Source: Anaerolineae bacterium
Lineage (GTDB): Bacteria; Chloroflexota; Anaerolineae; Fen-1058
Reading direction: 5' to 3'
DNA: 64,000 nt
Assembly: GCA_046328575.1 (NCBI GenBank)
Contig: JAXLWI010000003.1
Span: 52-64,051, forward strand
Position 1 is the stretch's first letter, and every line of letters begins with the position of its first letter. Shown here piece by piece: positions 54,790 through 64,000 of the stretch. Under the pieces are notes generated by a model, which worked only from the letters and a program-made list of their open reading frames with translations, was not told where the DNA came from and did not search any database. The translations under genes and the position numbers were made by a program.

Positions 54790-56470
54790 TACATGCCGCC
54801 CTTCGCCAGCAAGTCGGCGTGCGTGCCGGGATCCAGATCGCGCCATCTTCCAGCACGATGATGCGATCGGCCATGCGGACGGTGCTAAACCGATGGCTGA
54901 TCAAGATCGCAATCTTGTTATCGGTCAGTTCGCGAAAGCGCTGAAAACGGCATATTCGTTCAACGCGTCGAGCGCGGCCGTTGGTTCATCCAGCACCAGC
55001 ACTTCAGCATCGCGCATGAAGGCGCGGGCTAGCGCCACCTTCTGCCACTCGCCGCCAGATAGATCGTTGCCGCGCTCGAACCACTTGCCCAGCATCGTGT
55101 CATAGCCTTGCGGCAGCGAGGTGATCGTCGGGTGAGCACCGAGCGCTGCGCCGAATCGACGATACGCGGCTCGTTCTCCAACTGATCGATCTGGCCGAAG
55201 CCGATGTTCTCTCTCTCGCCGGCAGGAAGTACTTCACAAAGTCTTGGAATATCACCCCGATCCGCTTTTGCAGTTCCTTTTGATCGACTTCGCGCAGATC
55301 AACGCCGTCAATCAACACCTGGCCTTCGGTTGGATCGTACAGGCGCGTGAGCAGTTTAACGAGCGTGGTCTTGCCCGCGCCGTTGGCGCCCACCAACGCG
55401 ATCTTTTTCGCCGGGTTTGATCGTGAGATTAACATCACGCAGAGCGTAGTCGCTGCGATCGGCGTAGCGGAACGAAAACGTTCTTGAATTCCGATGCCGC
55501 GCTCGATCGGGTGTGGGAGCGCGATCGGAGTGACTGAGATCGGCATCAGCGGTTTCCTAAATCGAGAAACGCAGGCGAGATTGCTCATGAACAGCGCGTT
55601 TTCGTACAGATCGCTCAAGCCGAAGAACAAACTTTGAAAGACGTTCTGGCTCTGGCGAAAGATCGACAGATACAGCGCGTCATATCGCCGAGCGTGATGC
55701 CGCCTTCGATGGTGCGGTAGACGATCCAGCCGTAGGCGAAGTAGTAACTGAGCGGCCAGCAAGCCCCAGCCAAATGAGGCAAACTGCGCTTGCGCCAGCG
55801 CTTGATCTTCGCGCATGAACTTCCAGAACAGATCGGCATAGCGTCCCAACAGCGGCTCGCCCAAACCGAAGAGCTTGACTTCCTTCACGCTGGTATCGAC
55901 GGTAAGCAAGTATTCCAGATAATTCATGCGCCGCGCTTCAGGCGCGCGCCACGACAGCAAGCGGAAGTTCAACTGCGCGTATTGCGACCGCGCGATGAAG
56001 GCCGGAATCGTCGCGCCGAAAGAAAGGGATGAGGGCGAGCAGCGCGTTGAAGCGGAAAAGCAGGGCCGCAAATGAGAGCAGCGTGATCGTGTTCTGAACG
56101 AAATAGAAGCCGTTGTTCATGATCTGCAGCGCGCGCCAATCGGCTTCGCGACGAGCGTTTTGCAGCTTGTCGTAGAACTCGGCGTTCTCAAAGTGCGAGA
56201 GATCGAGCCATTGTGCGCTTGCGGATCAGACGCGTGTTGAGCGTGAAGTTGAGGCGTGTGCAAGATGTGCTCGGTCAACGAACGTGCCTGACCGACACCT
56301 GCTGACGCGAGGATCAACACGAACTCGATCGCCAGATACGGCAACGTTGCGGTCAGGCCGGTTTGCGCGTCCACCTTCGCCCCGATCGAACTCACGACCG
56401 AATCGATGATCAACTCGTTTACCCATAGGCCTGCCCGGCCGGGATCAACGCACCAACGATCGTCAACGCC
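54790..56470 (-). pseudogene. ABC transporter (fused permease + ATPase, MsbA-like exporter) gene with multiple frameshifts
   Basis: Walker A LVGANGAGKTTLVKLLTRLYDPTEGQVLIDGVDL in ORF 56071-55100. TM-domain fragments in ORFs 56413-56117 and 56120-55938. C-terminal ATPase motifs in yet other frames. Confidence 0.5.
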
Positions 56471-56702
56471 GCCATCATCAACGTCGCGGGTTTATGCGCG
56501 TCCCACACCAACCGAAAGGCCGCCGGAATGTTCGCGGCGGCCTGTTTGAGATCTTGCCGATTCGGCAACTTGGATTCACTCGCCAAGGCCACACCTTTGA
56601 TCGCAGATTCAAATTACCTCCGCGCCCGATGACCCACGACTTGTCCATAAGGTCTGCGCCTGAACCTGTGCGTGAGGCAACGCCTATGGAGGCTTTGCTA
56701 TA

Positions 56703-57605
56703 ATGGGCTATCGAATTCCGATAGTGAAAAGGAAACAAACAAGCGCCAATCCCTTGCGCAGGTGGTGGCTGGTGCTCATCGTGGCGCTCGTCGCGTGCTC
56801 GATTAATGGGACCTCGACCTCGATCGGAGCGGGCACGCGTCCCCCGAGCACGTCGCCGTTACCGACGCCAACGATCGGTGTTAGCCCACTGAGCAGCCCG
56901 CAACCGATCCCAGTTTTCAGTTACCAGATCGTCAATACATATCCTCACGATCGAGCAGCGTTTACCGAAGGTCTGGTATTGGACGGGCAGACGCTGTATG
57001 AAGGCACGGGCCTTAACGGCCAATCGGTCTTACGCCGTGTCGATTTGACGACCGGCCAAGTCCTGCAAAATGTCGCCCTATCTTCGAAGTACTTTGGCGA
57101 AGGCATCGTCGTCTGGGGTGATCAAATTCTACAACTCACCTGGAAGTCGCACATTGGATTTGTCTACGACAAGGCGACTTTTCAACAGCTCAAGACGTTC
57201 AATTACGACACTGAAGGCTGGGGCTTTACGCACGACAGTCAACACTTGATCATGAGCGATGGCACTGCCACACTGCACTTCCTCGATCCAGAGACGCTGA
57301 CCGAAGTCGCGCAGCTGACAGTCATCGCGCAAGGTCAACCGGTGGTCAACATCAACGAATTGGAATATGTGCAAGGCGAAATCTGGGCGAACATTTGGCA
57401 GACCAATCGCATTGCCCGCATCGCGCCGGATACCGGCCAGGTCGTCGGCTGGATCGATCTCACTGGTCTGCTCACACCCGCCGAGCAGGCCGCGGGCGTC
57501 GACGTATTGAACGGCATCGCTTACGATGCCGAGCACGATCGCGTATTTGTCACAGGCAAGTTCTGGCCCAAACTGTTCGAAATCAAAGTCATACCCAGTC
57601 CATAA
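56703..57605 (+). CDS. Glutaminyl-peptide cyclotransferase (beta-propeller, plant/bacterial type)
   Basis: Signal peptide then YPHDRAAFTEGL...LYEGTGLNGQS...WKSHIGFVYD, characteristic of the Glu_cyclase_2 family. A TATAAT overlaps ATG 56703, so GTG 56724 (MKRKQTSANPLRRWWLVLIVALVAC) is a plausible alternative start. Confidence 0.8.
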   Translation: MGYRIPIVKRKQTSANPLRRWWLVLIVALVACSINGTSTSIGAGTRPPSTSPLPTPTIGVSPLSSPQPIPVFSYQIVNTYPHDRAAFTEGLVLDGQTLYEGTGLNGQSVLRRVDLTTGQVLQNVALSSKYFGEGIVVWGDQILQLTWKSHIGFVYDKATFQQLKTFNYDTEGWGFTHDSQHLIMSDGTATLHFLDPETLTEVAQLTVIAQGQPVVNINELEYVQGEIWANIWQTNRIARIAPDTGQVVGWIDLTGLLTPAEQAAGVDVLNGIAYDAEHDRVFVTGKFWPKLFEIKVIPSP

Positions 57606-57639
57606 CACAACCGGTCGTTATGATAGAATCTGATCGATC

Positions 57640-60600
57640 ATGGCCACTTCGCTGCCAACGCCGATCACTCGTTTCGTGGGGCGTACCCGCGAACTGCACG
57701 AACTGCGCGACCTGTTACAGACCGAGCGGCTGATCACGCTCACCGGTCCCGGCGGCAGCGGCAAGACTCGCCTCGCCGTGCAACTTGCTTCGGTTGTTTC
57801 TATCACAGTTCACTGGATCGATCTCAGCGCGCTGACCGAGCCCGATCAAGTAGCCGAGTGGGTGCGACGCGCGCTGGGGCTAGGTGAACAACCCGATCGA
57901 TCGGCCAGCGACCACGTGATCGATTTTCTGCGCGATCGATCGCTCTGGCTCATCCTCGATAACTGCGAACAAATCTCCACCGCACTAGCCCGCTTCGTTC
58001 ACACCCTGCTCGATCGGTGTCCTAACCTCAACGTGCTGGTGACCAGTCAACAGCCGTTGGGCCTGCCGTCTGAAAAAGTCTATGCGGTACTGCCGCTGTC
58101 CGTGATGGTGGGCGAGGGTCAATCGGACGCCGTTCAACTCTTCATCGAGCGTGCCCGCGAAGTTCTGCCCACGTTCGAAATTACCGCCGCTAACCTTGCG
58201 TTGATCGAGATGATCTGTCGCCGCCTCGACGGACTGCCGCTGGCCATCGAGTTGGCGGCTGCGCGCGTGAAGGTGCTCTCGCTCGCGCAGATCGCCGATC
58301 GGTTGGATGACGCCCTGAAGTTGTTGACGCGGGGCACTGCCGCGCAAGCCGCGCGGCATCAAACTTTGCGCGCCGTCATGGAGTGGAGTTATCGACTGCT
58401 GTCAGCGGCTGAGCAAACTTTGTTGCGGCGTTTAGCCGTTTTTGCAGGCTCGTTCACGCTGGACATGATCGAAGCCGTCGGCGCGGATAATGCAGTTGGC
58501 GTGCTTGATCTACTCACAGATCTGATCGACAAATCGTTAGTGGTGGTGGATGCGCCCATTACCGATCCTGCGCGCTACCATTTACTAGAAACGATTCGGC
58601 AGTATGTGCGGGAACAACTCGATGCGGCGGGCGAAAGTACCGAGTTGTTCACGCGCTTGTGGCAGTGGGCGGTGACGCTGGCTGAACAGTCTGAACCGGA
58701 ATTGATCGGGCCGCAGCAACGCAAGTGGCTGCAACGTTTGACGCTGGACTATGCCAACTTGCGCGCGGCGCTGTCCTTTACGCAGCGCCAGAACTTGATC
58801 GAGCGCGGACTGCGGTTGGGCGCGGCGCTGGGCCGTTATTGGTGGGCGCGCGGCGAATTTACCGAAGGGCTGTACTGGTTGGAGATGTTTTTGGCTCGAT
58901 CTGATAACGTGCCTGCCACGGCTGCTAGCCGCGCCAAAGCCTGTCAATATGCGGCTGGTTATTTATATCGACAAGGTAAATTGGAGCGCGCCGCGCTGTT
59001 AGCCAAACAGAGTTTAGCCTTGCGGCGTCCGCTGGGCAGCGAACGTGACATGGCCGAATCGCTGAACTTGCTGGGCATGATCGCGTCAGATGCCAGTGAA
59101 TTTGCCACAGCCGAAGCCTACTATCTGGAAGCGCTGCAGTTGCGACAAGCGGCGGGCGAGGTGCGCGGTACGGCGGTGGTGCTGGGCAATCTGGGTTACG
59201 TGCTGCGCTTGCAAGGCCAGTACGATCGGGCGCATGACTATTATCAACAAGCGCTGATCCACTATCGGCAGTGCGGCGATGTGCGCGGCATCGCCACTAT
59301 CTTGAACAACCTCGGCAACATCCACACGACTCGCGGCGATTTGAACGGCGCACGTCCGTTGTATGAAGAGAGTCTGGCGCTATCACAGCAACTCGGCGAT
59401 CAATGGGGGGCGGCGCGAGCCACATCGTCCATCGCCGCTTTAACGTTAAACGTGGGCGAGTACGATCGAGCCCAGACGTTGTTGCAAGAGACGCTGGCCC
59501 TGGGTCGAGCCATTCACGATGAATTGATCGTTGCTTCAACGCTGACCAATTTGGGACTGTTGGCTTATCTGCAAAACGATTATGGCCGCGCAGCCACTCA
59601 CTACGAAGAGGCGCGGCTGCGCTGGCAAACCCTAAAACATGATTGGGGCGAAGGGCAGGTGCTGGTCGGGCTGGGGCGGCTGGCCTGCGATCAAGGTGAC
59701 CTCGTGCGCGCTGCACACTGGTTGCGTGAGGGGTTACAACTTTATCAGCGCCTTCATCACCTCGAAGGTTTAGCCGATAGTTTTGAAGGACTCGCCGCGC
59801 TCGCGGCGCGACAATCCAACACTCCGCTCGCGGTGCAACGGTTAGCGCTGGCAGCGCGCTTGCGCACGCAGGCGCACGTCCCGGCGCTGCCGCCGCAGCA
59901 AGCGCAGATCGATCGATTGACGACGGCCGCGCGCGCCACGTTGGGTGACGCCGCGTTCGATCGGGCGTGGGCGGTTGGAGCCACGCTCGAATTAGACATG
60001 GCCGTAGCCGAGGCGCTGAGCGATCAGCCGCCGTCAATCCAGATCAGCCCGGCTGAACCCGCGCTGCGCATCTTTGCTTTAGGCCCAACGCGCGTGTTGA
60101 TTGGTGAGCGCGCGCTCACGTCAACGGATTGGACGTACACCAAAGCGAAGGAACTGCTCTTCTATTTCCTCGCCAATCCGCCTGCGACCAAAGCGCAAAT
60201 TGGCTTGGATGTGTGGCCGGAAGCCTCGGCCGATCACCTGCGTAACATCTTTCATCGCGCATTACATCATCTGCGCAAGGCGCTCGGCCAACTCGATTGG
60301 ATCGTCTTCGCCGACGACGCCTATTCATTCAATCGGACGTTGAATTACTGGTGCGATCTGCACGAGTTTGAAGTGCGGCTGGCGTCCAAGTCAACCGACC
60401 GCGCGGCGGAGATCAAACGGCTGGAAGCGGCCGTGCAATTGTGGCGCGGCGATTTCGCCGAAGATTTGGATGCCGCTGAATGGGTGATCTTCAAGCGCGA
60501 AGAACTCCGCAATCGCTACCTGCAAGCGTTGCTCGATCTCGGCGCGCTGCATTTTGGCACGGCACAGTACGATCGGGCGGCGGCAGTCTATCGGCGGTTG

Positions 60601-60792
60601 CTGGCGCTCGATACGTATTTTGAATTGGCGCATCGTGAGTTGATGCGCTGTCTCGTGCGGCAGGGCGAAGTCGGTCACGCGCTGCAGCACTATCAACATC
60701 TGCGCGAGATGCTGCGGCAGGAATTGCAGGCTGAGCCTTCGCCGGAGACGGTGCGCCTGAATGAGCGGATCAAACGCGGCGAGTCAGTCTGA
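57640..60792 (+). CDS. Large NB-ARC-like ATPase / TPR-repeat transcriptional regulator with C-terminal SARP-type winged helix + BTAD domain
   Basis: Walker A GPGGSGKTRLA. Central TPR repeats. C-terminal RIFALGPTRVLIGE...ELLFYFLANP (OmpR-like wHTH) and a BTAD helical region. Confidence 0.75.
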   Translation: MATSLPTPITRFVGRTRELHELRDLLQTERLITLTGPGGSGKTRLAVQLASVVSITVHWIDLSALTEPDQVAEWVRRALGLGEQPDRSASDHVIDFLRDRSLWLILDNCEQISTALARFVHTLLDRCPNLNVLVTSQQPLGLPSEKVYAVLPLSVMVGEGQSDAVQLFIERAREVLPTFEITAANLALIEMICRRLDGLPLAIELAAARVKVLSLAQIADRLDDALKLLTRGTAAQAARHQTLRAVMEWSYRLLSAAEQTLLRRLAVFAGSFTLDMIEAVGADNAVGVLDLLTDLIDKSLVVVDAPITDPARYHLLETIRQYVREQLDAAGESTELFTRLWQWAVTLAEQSEPELIGPQQRKWLQRLTLDYANLRAALSFTQRQNLIERGLRLGAALGRYWWARGEFTEGLYWLEMFLARSDNVPATAASRAKACQYAAGYLYRQGKLERAALLAKQSLALRRPLGSERDMAESLNLLGMIASDASEFATAEAYYLEALQLRQAAGEVRGTAVVLGNLGYVLRLQGQYDRAHDYYQQALIHYRQCGDVRGIATILNNLGNIHTTRGDLNGARPLYEESLALSQQLGDQWGAARATSSIAALTLNVGEYDRAQTLLQETLALGRAIHDELIVASTLTNLGLLAYLQNDYGRAATHYEEARLRWQTLKHDWGEGQVLVGLGRLACDQGDLVRAAHWLREGLQLYQRLHHLEGLADSFEGLAALAARQSNTPLAVQRLALAARLRTQAHVPALPPQQAQIDRLTTAARATLGDAAFDRAWAVGATLELDMAVAEALSDQPPSIQISPAEPALRIFALGPTRVLIGERALTSTDWTYTKAKELLFYFLANPPATKAQIGLDVWPEASADHLRNIFHRALHHLRKALGQLDWIVFADDAYSFNRTLNYWCDLHEFEVRLASKSTDRAAEIKRLEAAVQLWRGDFAEDLDAAEWVIFKREELRNRYLQALLDLGALHFGTAQYDRAAAVYRRLLALDTYFELAHRELMRCLVRQGEVGHALQHYQHLREMLRQELQAEPSPETVRLNERIKRGESV

Positions 60793-60830
60793 AGTGAAAT
60801 AGTCCAGCAGCACACACTCAAGGGGGAGAC

Positions 60831-61223
60831 ATGTCCGATCAAATCATCACCGTTCGACCTGAAGTTACGATCATGACCCGACAGCATCTGCCCAACTTCG
60901 TGGGTATTTCGGCGGCCACAGCGGGCGCGACCAGCATCTCGATGAACATGGTGATCATTCCGCCGGGCGGTTCGGCTGAACCGCACTTGCATCGCAACTA
61001 CGAAACCGCCATCTATCTGCTGCAAGGCCGTGTCGAAACGCGCTACGGGCCGGGGCTGAGCCAATCGGTGGTTAACGAGGCCGGGGATTTCATTTTCATT
61101 CCGGCGAATGTGCCGCATCAACCCATCAACCTCAGTGACACCGAGCCCGCGCGGGCGATCATCGCGCGCAACGATGCCAACGAGCAGGAACACGTGGAAG
61201 CCTATCATCCGCATGACGCTTGA
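60831..61223 (+). CDS. Cupin domain protein
   Basis: 130 aa with cupin motifs (PPGGSAEPHLHRNYETAIYLLQGR...GDFIFIPANVPHQPIN). Confidence 0.6.
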   Translation: MSDQIITVRPEVTIMTRQHLPNFVGISAATAGATSISMNMVIIPPGGSAEPHLHRNYETAIYLLQGRVETRYGPGLSQSVVNEAGDFIFIPANVPHQPINLSDTEPARAIIARNDANEQEHVEAYHPHDA

Positions 61224-61399
61224 GCGCACTGGGAGGCTGGCTCTGTCCAACATCCAACATCCAGCCTCCAACCTCCAATTTCCAACTTCCAATTTCTAAC
61301 CTGCCCTGTTAGCACTTCTAGAAGCACCGGGGTGCTATGCTGTACGACAATTCGCCGCAGGCGGACTTGTTGCCGCAGCGGTGATCAGGGGAGGATACT

Positions 61400-64000
61400 A
61401 TGCTGCGTCGACTGTCCGTCACGCTAGCGGTGAGTCTTGGACTGCTGCTAGCGCTCTTCGTTTGGCTGCAAACCCCGTTGGCCAACGCTCAACCTCAGCC
61501 CGCTGCCGCTGAGCCTCAAACGTTGCACGCGACTTCCGCGCAAACATACACCTTGTTTTTGCCGCTGGTCGCCAATAACTATCCTTTCTACACTCAATAC
61601 GGCGTGGGCTATGCCACTGGCAGCGATCGAACGCTGATCCGTTGGTTCTGGACCAAACCGATCGAGCCGTCGGCTTTTCGCGTGTATCGTCGGGTCGGTA
61701 ATGGAGCGGAAACGTTGATCGCCACGGTCGTATCGATGACTAATCCCACCGCCGCGATCAATCTGCTCAACAATACCGATCCGCGCTACAACAATCTCTA
61801 CAACTTTCTCATCACCAACTACGCGCCACTTGGCATCACCGATATCCCTGCGTTTCACGCGGTGATGAACAACAACAAACTCGCCGCGCAGCGCATGGCC
61901 GCCGACTTCTATCCCACCGCGCTCGTCATCGGCTGGGGTTATCTGGATAAGGCCATCTCGCCTGGGATCACGTATACCTATCGAGTTGAAGCGGTGCTGC
62001 CGACGGGCGCGCAAAACTTGGGCAGCGTATCGGCCCTCGCCGGACAGTTGACGCCCCTCACCAAACCGACCGGCCTGTCGGCGTTGTCGTTGGACGACAA
62101 CGATCCGTTGATCCGCGACAAGGCCGGTGATTGGGGCACGGCGCAGCAAAATCGCCGCTTCCATCAAACGGTGTATCTGTATTGGGATGCTGAACAACAA
62201 AGTAATTCGATCAACGGGCCGTGGCTGACGGGCTACGATATTTACCGCGCGCCCATCACCGCCTCGACCGCTTTTTCGCGCGTTAACGGTCTTCAACCGG
62301 TGCAGGCCTTGACGGCGACGATTCCCATTTCAGATACGCCTGTCACGACGAGTGTGCTGGCTTATGAAGAAGTGCCCTATTACTACGCCGACATCGCACC
62401 CGCGGTGGGGCAGTATGTTTATCGTGTGACGCCGCGCGATTTGTTGGGACAGATTCGCGCGTGGCCGACGGATCAAGCCCAGTTCAGCGATCCGATCACG
62501 GCGCGCGCCCGCGACTTCATGCCGCCCGATCCCCCCCTCAACGTCACAGCGACGGTCACCGCCACCGGCCCGATCTCAACCGTGATTGTTTCGTGGTCGA
62601 TGACGCCTACCGCCGATCTCAGCGGCTTCATCGTCTATCGCGCCTTCTCGATTTCGGTGACGCTGCAAACCAACTGTGTTGATGAACATCAATGTTGGCG
62701 CGAAGTGACACGCACGACGCAATTGCAGTGGCACGATCTCGATCCGCAAATGGAGCAAGTGCGCTGGTATCGCCTGCAAGCCGTCGATCAGGACGGTAAT
62801 CGCAGCCGCTACACATCACCCGTGCAAGCGATCTTGCACGATGTCACGCCGCCCACTCCGCCGACCGTGAATGTGATCCCGTGTGATACATCCGGCGGAC
62901 AAGAGGGTGGCTACTGCATCAGCGCCACGCCCACGACGACGGACACGACGCGCTATCGCGTCTATTGCCAGTTCAGTCCTGACGGTGTGATGATGCCGAT
63001 CAGTGACACCACGCAGATCAACAACTTCAAATTAGAGAGCGTCTATTCGCCGACGTATCCGCTGCAAAACGTGACGTGCCAGCTGCGCGCCGCCGATGCG
63101 CAGGGTAACCTCAGCGCGCCTGCATCGTTCAACGTGCCGTGGATGTTGTCGCTGCGTCCGATCGTTGCGCCGACGCCCATCATTACGACGATCAACACGG
63201 CGTTGGGCGGCGTCAACGGCTACAGCGCGCAGATCAACTGGGACGTGAACGATGCCGGAGGCCTATCGGGTTTTCGGATTGATCGGGAGGCGATCTATCG
63301 ACCCAACAATGGCCCCGTCGGCGATGTTGCAACGTTCAACGTCGCTAATCCCAGCGCGCGCGTTTACACTGATACCTCGATCGAATTGCAGACCGTTTAC
63401 AACTACACCGTGACCGCGCTGACACCGTCGGGCTTCCCGTTCTTTGGCAAAGAGGCCGCCTCGTTTCCGCGCACGTTTAAGGCGGTGATCAACGGACAGC
63501 GCCCCATCACCGAAGTTGATTGGATCACGATGACGTGGAGTGCGGGCTCAGGCACGTTCATGCATTGGGACCCTACCAGTGATTTTCTGCGCGGCTGGGC
63601 GATCTTCCGCAGCGTGCATCGCGATAGCGATTACATTCAACTGACGCCCATTGTCAACAGCGGACCGATTTACAGCGACAGCAGCGCGCAACACGATCGC
63701 TACTGGTACGTCGCGGTGGAATTCGATCTGCGCACGGGTGAGCCGATCCGCTACACGCGCCCGCGCAGTGTGGCCAATGGCATTTCTCCGACTACGCAAG
63801 ATCAGCTAGGAAGTAGGGCGGGTTTCTTACCCACCGCACGAGGCGGCTATGGAAAGCCGCCCTACACAATGACGGCGACCAAACCGATGACTGCGTGTTC
63901 GCCCATCATGCCAACTGCGGGCGAACCCTTACGCTTTGGTGAAGGCTTCGAGGTGGTCACCGTTACTCTCGGCGCGCCGATCATTCCCAGTAACTTAACG
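61400..64000 (+). CDS. 5' part (>866 aa) of a large secreted protein with repeated FN3/Ig-like beta-sandwich units; continues beyond the window
   Basis: SD AGGGGAGGA then ATG 61400. Signal peptide MLRRLSVTLAVSLGLLLALFVWLQTPLANA. Uninterrupted reading frame to 64000. Recurring ...YRV/.YTV.A. strand motifs (TYTYRVEAV, YVYRVTPRD, RWYRLQAVDQDGN, YNYTVTAL). Not in the supplied ORF track (no stop in window). Confidence 0.5.
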   Translation, partial: MLRRLSVTLAVSLGLLLALFVWLQTPLANAQPQPAAAEPQTLHATSAQTYTLFLPLVANNYPFYTQYGVGYATGSDRTLIRWFWTKPIEPSAFRVYRRVGNGAETLIATVVSMTNPTAAINLLNNTDPRYNNLYNFLITNYAPLGITDIPAFHAVMNNNKLAAQRMAADFYPTALVIGWGYLDKAISPGITYTYRVEAVLPTGAQNLGSVSALAGQLTPLTKPTGLSALSLDDNDPLIRDKAGDWGTAQQNRRFHQTVYLYWDAEQQSNSINGPWLTGYDIYRAPITASTAFSRVNGLQPVQALTATIPISDTPVTTSVLAYEEVPYYYADIAPAVGQYVYRVTPRDLLGQIRAWPTDQAQFSDPITARARDFMPPDPPLNVTATVTATGPISTVIVSWSMTPTADLSGFIVYRAFSISVTLQTNCVDEHQCWREVTRTTQLQWHDLDPQMEQVRWYRLQAVDQDGNRSRYTSPVQAILHDVTPPTPPTVNVIPCDTSGGQEGGYCISATPTTTDTTRYRVYCQFSPDGVMMPISDTTQINNFKLESVYSPTYPLQNVTCQLRAADAQGNLSAPASFNVPWMLSLRPIVAPTPIITTINTALGGVNGYSAQINWDVNDAGGLSGFRIDREAIYRPNNGPVGDVATFNVANPSARVYTDTSIELQTVYNYTVTALTPSGFPFFGKEAASFPRTFKAVINGQRPITEVDWITMTWSAGSGTFMHWDPTSDFLRGWAIFRSVHRDSDYIQLTPIVNSGPIYSDSSAQHDRYWYVAVEFDLRTGEPIRYTRPRSVANGISPTTQDQLGSRAGFLPTARGGYGKPPYTMTATKPMTACSPIMPTAGEPLRFGEGFEVVTVTLGAPIIPSNLT

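Noticed and set aside
61448-62296. 282-aa minus-strand ORF listed in the track
   Set aside because: Antisense to a much longer, signal-peptide-bearing + strand reading frame (61400->64000) with a strong SD. Arg/Gly-rich composition is typical of an out-of-frame GC-rich artefact.

Overview
High-GC (~58-60%) bacterial chromosomal window with Chloroflexi-like gene content: giant multi-GAF sensor kinases, a SARP-like NB-ARC/TPR regulator, many secreted proteases. Housekeeping genes are present: psuG, radA, an rlmD/rumA-family methyltransferase, an M24 aminopeptidase, an MFS exporter, glutaminyl cyclase. Between them sit three noteworthy blocks. (1) 7995-24743 (+): two paralogous ~1650-aa sensor histidine kinases, each with eight GAF domains. 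They are nearly identical over ~4.1 kb but carry different kinase cores. Each is followed by a receiver-domain protein fused to a CHAT (caspase-like) peptidase domain. The first operon additionally encodes a degenerate receiver and a receiver fused to an aminoglycoside-phosphotransferase/protein-kinase-like domain. The second is followed by a small Trypco2-like protein and a P-loop NTPase fused to a C-terminal OmpR-type winged helix. Together this looks like a phosphorelay-controlled caspase-like protease / NTPase module, reminiscent of NTP-dependent conflict systems, with lower GC than the flanks. (2) 24765-32653 (-), convergent with (1): three SPFH/band-7 proteins, two further paralogs of the NTPase(-wHTH), and a hypothetical protein. 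(3) 47020-56470: a ~9.5 kb stretch in which almost every gene is broken by frameshifts, indicating genome decay or a local sequencing-quality problem. Also notable: a 150-bp tandem intergenic repeat (6421-6700) carrying a hairpin with a compensatory base change, plus SD+mini-ORFs; several clear bidirectional intrinsic terminators; and a long signal-peptide/FN3-like repeat ORF (61400->64000) that runs off the window and is absent from the ORF track. No rRNA, tRNA, CRISPR array or obvious transposase was seen.
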